From Octopus sinensis (taxonomy: Eukaryota), in the NCBI RefSeq assembly GCF_006345805.1, contig NC_043009.1:25978001-26042000 (forward strand): a stretch of DNA of 64,000 nt, in the 5' to 3' direction. Below are positions 12,211-23,782 of the stretch, one piece after another. The notes beneath the pieces are model-generated. The model saw nothing but the letters and a program-made list of their open reading frames with translations, had not been told where the DNA came from and did not search any database. A program made the translations under genes and the position numbers. Position 1 is the first letter of the stretch; each line of letters begins with the position of its first letter.

Positions 12211-12704
12211 TAGCAGTATTGCCCGGCTTTGCAAAATGGTCACATTTAATTCAAAGCGTTAAAAATGTTTTGAAACAATTGGTATGTGTTCACAAAGTCC
12301 AAACGATTAATACCAAAAAACCTTCCAGGCTACATCCCGAAAATTCATTTCTTTGCCGAATTTCTACAATGTTTACGGCGATTCGTTTTTATATCTTGAT
12401 TTTTTATTTTTCATGCAATTTACGCATGCTTGCACGCGTGGTGAACACAGTTCACGTCAAACAGCTGACTGAGTAAAGTTCACTATTCAATGCATGGGAT
12501 AAGGCCTAAACAAACACATTATCGATTTTTGCACTTGCGAGATGAATTTCGGAACAGGAATAGCGCAGTTCAATTTTCATTCGCCTAAACTTTAAGTGAC
12601 CCATTTTTGGTGGTTCTACGATTTGTTGGCTAGGAGGAGATGTGCTGGGAAGTTAAACACACAGATACACACACAGACACACAAGTTGAGTTTTATATAT
12701 AAGA
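12210..12704 (-). mobile_element. Non-autonomous Helitron
   Basis: Minus strand starts a|TCTTATATATAAAACTC...tgtgtctgtgtg and ends gccgggcaatactgCTAG|t. It has TC/CTAG termini, an A/T insertion site and no TSD. Confidence 0.75.
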
Positions 12705-13985
12705 TATATAAAATACAGGTTGTCTGTGTGTCTGTGTGTGTGTCTGTCCGGATTCTCCGAAACTAGCTGACGTTTTGTTTTGAAACTTTACATGACGGTG
12801 CATTTTTGAGCGAGACGGGTCGTGACACTATTGATTTTTTTCATATTGATATCGCATCTCGCCGAAAAATTGATAAATCAATATCGATTTTTTCAAAAGT
12901 TGTCCGATTTTGATCAAAATTAACAAACTTATGCATTTTTATCTAAGGAGTTTCATAGCGTCATTAGTGTTTTCAAATTCCGTTTCGTTTGAGCACAGGA
13001 TGAGAAGAACCGATTTAAAAAATGACCTTTTCGACATAGCGCCTGAAGCTTCTATCCGATTGCTCTCAACTTCGTGGCCAATGTACATTAGACTCTAACC
13101 CACAGTTTTTTTTAAATTTGCATACTTTTAGGGTGCTTCCTTTGCGAGGTGTAGCACATTGAAAATATTCGATAATGCTTTAGCGCCTCCCGACGAGTCA
13201 TGTTTTTCACATGGACAACTACACGTTGGCTTTTCGAGAGTGGGATGCAAGGTGAATCTCTTCGAATTTGCCCGAAATGGGAAAACAAGGAATAACGTGT
13301 ACCAGGAGGTGCTAGAACCAAATCAATGTGGAGAAATGAACGTTTCTACAGTTTTTTGCTAAAGAGTCTTCTAATTTCATATCCACAACCACTAATTTTC
13401 AGGTACCTATGGCAGCAAGGGATGCACTCGATCAGTTGCCATCACATCTGCAACAGCAATGACACCAGTATCATAACAAAGTTACGCAATGTGAATCCTG
13501 CATCCCTGAGATTATCAAAGACTGATCGAGACTTACTATTGTTCAATGGAACAACAAATAAACGTTTGGTTTCTCTCTTTCTTTTAACAAAACCCTTACG
13601 CTTATGGCTTTATGGATTGACCACTTGAATTTAAGTAGTTATTCCGCAAATCTAGGAGGAGTGATCGTTTATGAGCACAAAGCTATGACACCTAGAAGAC
13701 TCCGATATATTCAAGACTTCGTTATTGTTATCCACGGAGCAAGAAATAATATATAAGGTCAGGTTCATAAAGTTTAGCAACGTAGAGACACACTGCTAAT
13801 TGTATTGAAGCACTAATCTCATGCTTATGTTAGTGATTTTAAATGATTTTCCCGCTTAATTCTTAACCAAACATTTTGGTAACATATGGGTTATTGTAAT
13901 CGGATCGCTTACCTTTCATATATTTTGAAATTGAAATACCTCGGTGTTGTTTTACATTAATTGACGTTCACGAGCAAACTGCTAG
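12705..13985 (+). mobile_element. Helitron derivative with helicase C-terminal remnant
   Basis: 5' atatataaaatacaggttgtctgtgtgtctg (Helitron-type start, TC missing). Bases 13159-13320 read CFSHGQLHVGFSRVG..NL...RNGKTRNNVYQEVL, matching the Helitron helicase end CFSHGQLYVA.SRV. 3' end aaactgCTAG|t. Confidence 0.75.
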
Positions 13986-14068
<83 letters not shown>

Positions 14069-14094
14069 TGTATGTATTTATGTATGTTTGTATA

Positions 14095-14310
14095 TATTAA
14101 AAATGTAACGACGTGTGAATCGTTGGCGATTTTTCCCCCCGTTTTCCTTTTCTCATGGACTTTCCTCTGTCTCCTGTTTCTGAAGAAGAGCTTTACTCGA
14201 AACGTAAAGCCAACTTTCTTTCCTCCCCTGAACGTCTGGCAATACTTTACATGTGCCACCTCCCCGCGGTGTTGTTTTTTCGTGTTTTTTTGTGTGTGGT
14301 CTTCGTTTTT
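14095..14310 (+). mobile_element. Orphan PLE tail
   Basis: Same layout as 9430-9605, with tttctgaagaagagctttactcgaaacgtaaagc. Confidence 0.6.
14176..14210 (+). ncRNA. Candidate minimal hammerhead
   Basis: GTTT-CTGAAGA-A-GAG(CTTTA)CTC-GAAA-CG-TA-AAGC: canonical core, GUA site, 4-bp stem I with one G-U. Confidence 0.55.
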
Positions 14311-14519
14311 TTTTTTGTGGGTTTATAAGTATGCTGAAAAGCTACTGGCTTTGGGTAAGTGAAAATACAGGAGGATCGGTTAATTAAAGATTTTATTCAA
14401 CATATTCCTCACTCAGATTCACATTCTTATTGCAGTGGTTCTTCAGTTTTTCTAAGCCCTGTAAAGGTCTTTTGCAATACTCTTAAAGCCAGGAACATTT
14501 CAGCACCCCTTCTTATATA

Positions 14520-14688
14520 TACCACTGGCTTCTTTCAGTTTCCGCGTATGAAATCTACACAAGGCTCTGGTCGGTCCGAGTCTATATTAGGAGGCACATG
14601 TGCAAGGAGGTGGCATGCAGTGGGCTTGCATCCAATATTGTGTGGCTGGGAAGCAAGTTCCTTATCACGCAGCAACGCTTGCACCTAA
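14520..14688 (-). mobile_element. SINE family A 5' half, degenerate
   Basis: gcttctttcagtttccg...caaggctctggtcggtccgag is the reverse complement of the family A body. Confidence 0.65.
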
Positions 14689-15354
14689 AACCACTCTTGT
14701 CTCTATCTACATAGTGAGTGTAACGCAACAAAATTCAGTCAGAAAATCTTCATCTTATTTTGAAAATCTATATCCATTCCGAAAGCCAGAGGGATGAAGT
14801 GAGGAAATTTGGAGGAGAGAAACAAAGAAGAGAGACAAGCAACAACTGGTGAATGTGTTTATAGACTTAAAGAATATGACTCTTACAAAATATAGCAATA
14901 TTGGTTTTAACATATGGTACCAAATAAAAATTCTTGCAATGCAAATTCAGAAACGATACACTCTCACAAACACGTGCGCGTACACATACATATACACACA
15001 CACACATATGTGTGTGCAAGTGTGTGCATATGTGTATGTATATATATATATATATACATGTCTGTGTGTACAGATATATATATATGTACATACATGCATA
15101 TCGATAGTTAGATACACGGATGTGTATGTTAGTATGCATGTGCCTGAATATGTATGTATATACATATGCATGCATATTTGTGTGCATATATTTGAGACTA
15201 TATATATAGAGAGAGATGTGTGTGTGACTGTGTATAAATATATGTGTGTAGATGAATATATATATATATATACATATTTACGAATATGAATATATAAATA
15301 TGTATATACATCTATATTCTATATCGATCAATCTCTCTATGTATCTACATATAC

Positions 15355-15390
<36 letters not shown>

Positions 15391-15783
15391 ACATTTGAAT
15401 GGAACAATATCCTCGAAATGGTGCTATATTAGCTATTGAAAAATACCCAATACCCAATGCACAGTCTTATTAACTCCGGGTTTATTACTCTTTCGTAATA
15501 ACACAGTAAAATAAAATATCAGTGACTATCAGATCGTAGATTATCAACAAAACAGCTTGCCATTTCATGAAATATTTACTAAGATTTTTAAAATAATATA
15601 AAAAACAGGAGCGTATATGTTGCTGGTTATGTGTCTTTGAAATAGTTTATGTGAATAACCATATTGCAGTAGAGTTTTACTTTCAAGATAAGATATCCCA
15701 TCTGTTCAAACCATGAATATCTTTCTGCGCGGCGGGTGAGTTGTGTGTATATGTGTGCATCCATATATGTGTGTGTGTATGTA

Positions 15784-15838
<55 letters not shown>

Positions 15839-16154
15839 TATATATACATATATATATAAATCAAAATAAGCAACAGGATATCAAGAATTGATGCAGTACG
15901 ACCGTTTCAAGCAGATCCATTTAATTGAACAATGCAATCATTACATCAATTTAAAAACAGGGATATCATCGACTGCATAAGTAAATAGAATTTTAACCAG
16001 TCGGACACATTAATATAATTTTACTCAAATACTAACAGAACAAGAAGATGGAAGAAATCCATGTTGTCGCTATTGTAGCTAAGAATATACAACACTTCCA
16101 AGAAAGGCATGAGGCTTATTGGGGTCATAGCTTGTAAAGGATTGTGGTTCATTT

Positions 16155-16193
<39 letters not shown>

Positions 16194-16247
16194 ACGGTCG
16201 AACAATGATGGTGATGATGATACATACATATATACATATACATATAC

Positions 16248-16294
<47 letters not shown>

Positions 16295-16330
16295 ATAATA
16301 TATATATATATAATATATATATATATATAT

Positions 16331-16553
16331 AGGGTGGTCCAAAAGTAGCTTTACAGTAATCACGTAGGCACTTAGAAATTTCATTTAAAACATTTTATTA
16401 CATTCAAATTTCTATCTTACAACTGAAAGCAGAGCTTGACAAAATTTACTAAATTAACAAAGAATGATAGTTTCATATTTTTTCTATAATTAAGATCTAA
16501 ACTGTTAATATATGAAAGAGAGAGTTGAATAAATTTTGGGGGGGTCACCCTGT
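16331..16553. mobile_element. Possible Tc1/mariner-derived MITE
   Basis: Left end ta-(c)agggtggtccaaaagt and right end ggggtcaccctg-ta form short imperfect TIRs in a TA context. Confidence 0.4.
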
Positions 16554-16579
16554 ATGTATATACATATATGTATATATAT

Positions 16580-16633
<54 letters not shown>

Positions 16634-16662
16634 ATCCTTTAAGTTCGTTTACTATTATTATT

Positions 16663-16722
<60 letters not shown>

Positions 16723-16789
16723 AATAATAATAATAATAACAATAACAATAATAATATTAATAATAATAATAATAGTAATAATAATAATA

Positions 16790-17335
16790 ATATGCCCTGA
16801 TGCAGTACCAGGCAGCGGCTCTCATGGCTTCTGATCTTAACTGACTGGAAGTGTTATCATGTACATTGTTTTGTCTTGGTATTAAATATTCTGCTCAATA
16901 CCACAGATTTGCTTGTCAGTTGTTTGACCGTAACCAGTTGAGCATGTCCCTTGGTGGCTGACGATATGTGCATCTCTGATCACGAGTAGAAGTAGTGGGG
17001 GAGCATCATAGCCATGTATTGAGAGGAATTCTTTGGGGTTTGAATAATTCACCTCTGGAAACATGGGTGTTTCATCCAACATCCTTAAACAATCATTAAT
17101 CAGGGACCTTTTGAGTGAAATGGGTTACCCAACCAGAAGAAAATTCTAACTGGGCCCCACCCGCAAGATCATGCGCTGTTTATCTTGTTATGAGATCACC
17201 ATGTCGCGCACATATGGTTGTGATGCATGTGCCTGGTGTACCCTTATCAGACGGGTAGTCATGATGGGTATACTGGGCTTCGTATATTTGTACCCCAGTG
17301 TCACATTGATGGCATGCACTGCTCTCTCACTTAAT
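16790..17335. repeat. Unclassified ~545-bp complex sequence embedded in (TAA)n
   Basis: Higher GC, sharply bounded by (TAA)n on both sides, no recognisable ORF. Single copy in this window. Confidence 0.35.
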
Positions 17336-17339
17336 AATA

Positions 17340-17500
17340 ATTATAATAATATCGAAAAATACCTTAAGAATGAGAATCCAGGAAATTTCGCCAAGACACC
17401 TGATGCAGGCTGGGGGGTGGTATATCAACCGAGACGTTGTGTTAACAACAAACAAGATGAGGACAAATATCTGTCAAATGTAAATAGTGTAAATAATGTA
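17340..17500 (+). mobile_element. PLE tail with decayed hammerhead
   Basis: acac-CTGATGC-A-GGCTG...CAACC-GAGAC-GTT-gtgt at 17396-17442. Confidence 0.5.
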
Positions 17501-17639
17501 TATGTAATTAAGTCAGACAAACGGGCAGATAGAGATAGACAAATAGACAAGCAGATAGATAGAGAGAAAAAGAAAGAGAGAGAAATAAAGAGAGACCGAG
17601 AAATTGAGAGAAGGAGCAAGAGAGAAAGATGACAGATAT

Positions 17640-18730
17640 AGAAGATGCAAATTTTCTTTAACATTTCTCAGCTGTACCTTTTCTAACATTTGTAATATAT
17701 TACAAAATCAACAAGGTAAAACAAATATCAGTTCTAATTATTTTGTTCAGAATGATATCTATAAATTTTTCACCATTGAATATATTTCGTTTTATCACCG
17801 CTATATACTCCACACTTTTTTTTATTTATTGATGAATTGGTAATTGAAATTTAAGAGAAAAGTTGTGGTGGATTACTGTTCTTCATAATTAGCTGAAAAC
17901 ACCACATAATTCTTACGCTGTTCTTCCACATAGCTTATTGTTGTTCACCTATCGGAGAGTGTCATAGGAATGCTTTGTACTACGTAGTGATAGCATTTTA
18001 TATTCACCTTTCAAATATCTATTTCTTTACTACCCACAAGGGACTAAACACAGAGAAAACAAACAAGGACAGACAAACGAATTAAATCGATTATATCGAC
18101 CCCAGTGCGTAACTGGTACTTATTTAATCGACCCCGAAACGATGAAAGGCAAATTCGACCTCGGGGGAATTTGAACTCAGAACGTAACGGCAACCGAAAT
18201 ACCCTATTTCTTTACTACCCACAAGGGGCTAAACACAGAAGGGACAAACCAGGCCAGACAAACGGATTAAGTCGATTACATCGACCCCCAAAAAGATGAA
18301 AGACAAAGTCGACCTCGACGGAATTTGAACACAGAACGTAGCGGCAGCCGAAATACCACTAAGCATTTCGCCCGGCGTGCTAACGATTCAGCCAGCTTGC
18401 CGCCCTATTCACCTTTCAAATATCATCGCAGTCAAGCCGCTTCAGATATCTGAAAACGAAGAAGATATAAACTATATGATACTTTATAGATATCATATCG
18501 ATGACGAGATCACACAAAATCGAATATAATAAGTTTTTACGTAGATTTTAGAAGTGTTAAATGTCAAATTATTATTTACCAATGCCACGAATCTGGCTCT
18601 GTCAGGTGTTCACAGCTTTGTGAATGTTAAAAGCAAGCACCGTTGTGTTAGATACGGAAAAACTTGTTGAGATATGAATATCAACTATGATGAAACGTGC
18701 AAAGATTGGAATGATTGAATTTTTTTCTAT
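17640..18730 (+). repeat. Unclassified interspersed repeat, copy 1 (split by SINE dimer)
   Basis: Aligns to the reverse complement of 21390-22110, e.g. cttccacatagcttattgtt, tctgaaaacgaagaagatataaactatat and ctctgtcaggtgt. Confidence 0.75.
18020..18405 (-). mobile_element. Dimeric SINE family B (tail A), 19-bp TSD
   Basis: TSD tattcacctttcaaatatc at 18001-18019 and 18406-18424; a full monomer plus a headless second unit. Confidence 0.9.
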
Positions 18731-18932
18731 ATTTGAATATCGGGTGTCTGGAGTTAAATTCAAAGAAGATAAGCACACACACTCACGCACGCACACACAC
18801 ACACACACACACCACACACACACGCACGCACGCCTGCACACACACGCGCGCACACACACAGATATATACGTATATGCACAGAAGGCAGTGTCCTGTTTAA
18901 ATATTAGAAAGGGTTTAATATTTCCATAACTT

Positions 18933-19310
18933 AGGGCGACGAGCTGGCAGAAACGTTACCACGCCGGGCGGAATGCTAAGCAGTATTTCGTCTGTCTTTA
19001 CGTTTTGAGTTCAAATTCCGCCGTGGTCGACTTTGCCTTACATCCTTTCGGGGTCTATAAATTAAGTACCAGTTACTCACTGGGGTCGATGTAATCGACT
19101 TAATCCGTTTGTCTGTCCTTGTTTGTCCTCTCTGTGTTTAGCCCCTTGTGGGTAGTAAAGAAATAGGTATTTAGTCTGTCTTTACGTTCTGAGTTCAAAT
19201 TCCGCCGAGGTCGACTTTGCCTTTCATCTTTTTGGGGTCGATAAATTAAGTATCAACTGCGTACTGGGGTCGATCTAAAATTTCGGGCCTTGTGACTAGA
19301 GTAGGAAAGA
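18933..19310 (+). mobile_element. Dimeric SINE family B (tail A then tail B)
   Basis: Full monomer ending gtagtaaagaaata, joined to a ggtatttagtctg... second unit. Confidence 0.9.
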
Positions 19311-19786
19311 AAATTCTCATAACTTTTATCACGCTCCTTTATACTAATAAATATCAATGATTGATAGTCTCTACTGGAGGCAAATCTAAAGAAACGCTAA
19401 TACAAATCATACGCGAGTACGGGATTTACGTTCATACATACATACATACACACACAATCACAAGCAAACACACACGCGCGCTCGTACACACACACATGAC
19501 GATATATTTATATACATGGTCGAAGTACCATATGCCCGAAAAAGAAGTAGACTCTAAAGCATAGAGCAGTAATGTATTTATATGTAGTTAAATCTATGTC
19601 CGGTCATAGAGTGACCAATGTTTTCACACCCATAAAGAGCTTAGCCCTATGGACGGTTCGTCAGACTCTAAAGCCGAAGACAAATATAACTCTTCAACTC
19701 TGGGAGATAGAATTCTAAGGAGAGAAGTTAAAATGTTATTATTATAACAGTAATTATGTTAAATGTATATAATAGATATATATATA

Positions 19787-20114
19787 TTAGATTTTCCTTT
19801 AGGGCTGGCTAGATCGGAGCAATCTCAAGATTAATCAGCCGAAATTGCGAGGATGATCTAGTTCTTGACTGAAGATTGAATGCTTCGAATGTCCCATCCG
19901 TGTTTTTAGTATCGTCTCCTAAATATTTTACGTTCTTGTCCCAGTTTGTATTTTTTTTACATTTACATATATATATAAGCAGCGTCCGTACCCTTTTTGG
20001 TCTTATACGTAAGTATATATTTCTTTAACACATGGTACGACTCTATAACACTGTCTCTCTCCCCCCTATCCTACATTTCTCTGCCTTTCACACTTTGCAC
20101 TCCACTTTGATCTG

Positions 20115-20161
<47 letters not shown>

Positions 20162-20297
20162 TCTCCTCCTCCTTTGTTCCTTGTTGCCCTTCTTTCTCTC
20201 GTCATCTGTCCCTCTTTTCCTCTCTCTTCTCCTCACACGTGACTAGCCGACCTATTGCTGGCCTTTTCGTGGCCAGCAGCCGTCGCGGCAAGACACA

Positions 20298-20342
<45 letters not shown>

Positions 20343-20766
20343 CCTAAGGCATATTTCTAACGCCAGCTCAAAATTTATTCGTCCTGTCGAAAAGACGCTT
20401 GTCTGTGACGTCCTGTTCTTGTTATTATTATTATTATCATTATTGTTTTTACGTATTTTTGTACACTTATTCGTGTTATCATTATTGTTTTTACGTATTT
20501 TTGTAATTTTATTTGTGTAACATCGTCCGGTTTTCCGTCCTTGTTTTGTATACATTCGAGGCTTTCTTCCAAGGAATCTAATGCGCTTGGCTTAGATTTT
20601 CCTTTGGGGCTGGCCAGATCGGAGCAATCTCAAGATTAATCAGCCGAAATTGCGAGGATGATCCGGTTCTTGACTGAAGATTAAAGGCTTCGAATGTCCC
20701 GTCCGTGTTTTTAGTATCGTCTCCTAAATGTTTTACGTTCTTGTCCCAGTTTGTATTTTTTTACAT
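19787..20766 (+). mobile_element. Non-coding element with ~176-bp direct terminal repeats (PLE-like partial tandem?)
   Basis: 19787-19962 and 20592-20766 are near-identical and both end in (TA/CA)n. The interior is CT-rich with no ORF. Confidence 0.55.
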
Positions 20767-20849
20767 ATACACACACACACACACACATATATATATATGT
20801 TAAGTGTATATAATATATATATAAATATATGTTAAATGTATATAAAATA

Positions 20850-20886
<37 letters not shown>

Positions 20887-21389
20887 AGTGAGTGTGTGTG
20901 TGTGTGCGTGTGTGTGTGTTTGCACATGTCTCTCTCTCTCTCTCTCTCTATCTCTATATATATATATATATATATATCTATATATATTATATATATATAT
21001 GCACACACATATACTTTTTTATGAGTGTGTGCAAAGACAGACAATGTGAGAGCGAGAGAGAGTAATGAAATTACTCTAAGTTTTTAATATATTCCCTAAA
21101 AATTATCAACTTCATTCATCAAAACTCACCCATGTCTTACTGCGTGGCTGCCGATGACAAATCTGCTGCTGTTGAACTAAGTTCTACGGCATCTATCGAC
21201 GTGTCATCACCACCATCATCATCTGTTTTCGGATGACAAATACACGGGATCATCAGACGCTGCAGAATTCTTCGGATCCCTGCAGGAAGACGCATGAGGA
21301 AACCTGGACAATCGGACAGTTAGAAACAAAAATAGAGAAAAGAAAAGATGTGTAAATGTATTAACGCAAACAAGGCATAGTATAACAAA

Positions 21390-22110
21390 TTACAAGGAGT
21401 TGAAAATATTCCAAGTATTCCGATCTTTGTACATCTCATCATAATTAATATTTATTTGTCGAAATATTTCTCCATATGTTCACAGTGGCCAGACATTCGG
21501 CGCTTACTCCTAGCATTCACGAAACAGTGAGACACCTGACAGAGTCAGACTCGCGGCATTAATAAGTTATAATTTGACTTTTAACAGTTCTAAAATTGAC
21601 ATAAATGTTTATTACATTCGATTTTGTGTCATCTCTTCATCGACGTAAGATATCTAAATACAATTAAGTTCGATATAGTTTATATCTTCTTCGTTTTCAG
21701 ACACTTGGAGCCACTTCACCGAGACGATGTTTGGATGATGAATATAAAATGCTATAAAGGATGTAGTACAAAGAATTCTTCAGGTGTTCTACCGACTCTG
21801 AGAAACCAACAATAAGCTATGTGGAAGTTCAGCATTAGAATAAGGTGGTGTCGTCGATTTTGAAGAACAGAATCCCACCATACTTTTTTTTTTCTTAAAA
21901 TTCAACGATCAATTCATAAATAATTTTTTTTAAATGTTGGGTATGATATATCAATGGAAAAAATAAAATTAACCAAATGGTGAAATATTTATAGACATCA
22001 TTCTGAACAAAATAATTAAAACTGATGTTCGATTTATCTTGTTTATTCTGTAATAGATAAGTAGTTACCAGAGTAGCAAAAATCACACGTGTCGAAAGTA
22101 AAAGTATTTA
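21390..22110 (-). repeat. Unclassified interspersed repeat, copy 2 (inverted relative to 17640-18730)
   Basis: See copy 1. Confidence 0.75.
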
Positions 22111-22114
22111 CTCC

Positions 22115-22149
<35 letters not shown>

Positions 22150-22152
<3 letters not shown>

Positions 22153-22330
22153 CAGAATGAGATAACAAAGCCAAGGCTGTGATGAGTTTTCAGAACATAT
22201 ATAATGAAATAGTCTTACAGCTGTTTCTGGGATATTATGGATATCCCTTCATCAGAGACGGCGTGAGAAGGTTAAACAGAAGAAATATTTGAGTCCGAAT
22301 TATTAAAGGAGAAGATAGGGAATTTAGATG
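22150..22330 (-). mobile_element. Orphan PLE tail
   Basis: Carries a hammerhead motif and terminates in (TA)n at 22118-22148. Confidence 0.65.
22212..22259 (-). ncRNA. Candidate minimal type I hammerhead ribozyme (best example)
   Basis: Reverse complement GTCT-CTGATGA-A-GGGATAT(CCATA)ATATCCC-A-GAAAC-AGCT-GTA-AGAC: canonical core, 7-bp stem II, palindromic ACAGCTGT stem III, GUA site, 4-bp stem I. Confidence 0.75.
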
Positions 22331-23317
22331 GAAATAAGGGAATGATATATGTATGTAATCACTAGAGTACTGTGCTGCGCCATCTGTCTTCCGCATTTCA
22401 AGTGGGATTTCGTTCACTTCTCCTGTTTTCATTTCTTCAATTCCTCTGTTTATCTCGGTGAGGAAGTGGAATTGATCCAGCTTTGACTTTGAAGGATGCT
22501 GTGAGAGCCGAAACACTGTTGAAGCTTCGCTTGAGTCGTCGTCACTGAAAAGCTTGAAAGTGGTCAGAGCAACGGTTCAAAATTGAGCCGTTGTGCTTCA
22601 ACAACGTCATACCGTATACATTTCACACTCTCTTTCGTACTTTCTGCCGTTTGCGCATTTTTCAGGCTTGGAGACACAAGGCGTGTTATAAAAACCTGCC
22701 TAGACACATGTCTTCACTGTAAGAATCTATTAGTAGCTCAGTATTAGTAGTTCTACATATATATATACACTCTCATATATGTATGTATGGTTTGAAGTCG
22801 TTGAAAAGGTAATACAAGACAACAGTTTACTGCAGATTCGCCTGGCGTTTAATCAAAATCGATTTTGACAATTCGCCAGACGAAACTGCTGCAAAGTGCA
22901 ATCTTTTCAATTTAATTAACATTGCTTATTTTGCTCTGCCTCAGCACAGGAGGCCTTTATAAACGCTGTTCACATCTTAGTGCAAACGTGTATGCATAAA
23001 TGTATGTTTTACGGTATATATATATATACACAAATAATACGTATATATGTAAGTCTGCGCACGCGCGTGTTTATTGTGTGTACATGCCTGGGCGTGTGCA
23101 TGTGTTATAAAAGAAACACTGGCGAAGGTAAGTCAAACGAAGTGGAAATGGAAGAAACACAAACATGGACACAACTCGCCATTCATTATCTGTTGACTTA
23201 AGGTCATACTGGTTTCTAGGAATGCTTGTATCTGTATATATACATATATATGTGTGTGTGCGTGTGTGTGCATTTTGATATATCTATTCATGTATGCTCA
23301 TGCATCTACATACATAC

Positions 23318-23363
<46 letters not shown>

Positions 23364-23677
23364 GCATGTATGTATATTAATAATATGACGGCAAAAGATT
23401 GAATGAGACCTCGATATTATGTAAATAGAAGAATTTATCTATAAATGTATAATATAGGACAATGAGTTAGTTGTCATAATAATACTCAGAGTTTCAGATG
23501 CCGGGGCTAAAAGACATCCTCATCAGTTATTAAGACAAAAACGCTATGAAAAAAAAAACCGTTGAATTAAGGGAAGTTACTCTAATAGGCGTGGAAAAGT
23601 AAATAAAAGTAAAAAATATAAGATTTTATAAAAGTAAAACCACGTAAAGATATATATTTTTATATATGTATATATAT

Positions 23678-23708
<31 letters not shown>

Positions 23709-23727
23709 GTGTGTGTATGTGTGTGTA

Positions 23728-23769
<42 letters not shown>

Positions 23770-23782
23770 GTATGTATGTATA

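Noticed and set aside
20600-20705. Hammerhead or HDV-like ribozyme in the direct repeat
   Set aside because: There is no stem II or stem I for a hammerhead. The minus-strand TCCTCG lacks a matching P3 and the P1.1 GG.
21225-21265. Minus-strand CTGATGA...GAAA
   Set aside because: Stem II cannot pair and the downstream part is (ATG)n.
21503-21783. Two apparent plus-strand exons (WPDIRRLLLAFTK; HLEPLHRDDVWMMNIKCYKGC) with AG/GT sites
   Set aside because: Both lie inside the repeat that has an inverted homologue at 17640-18730.
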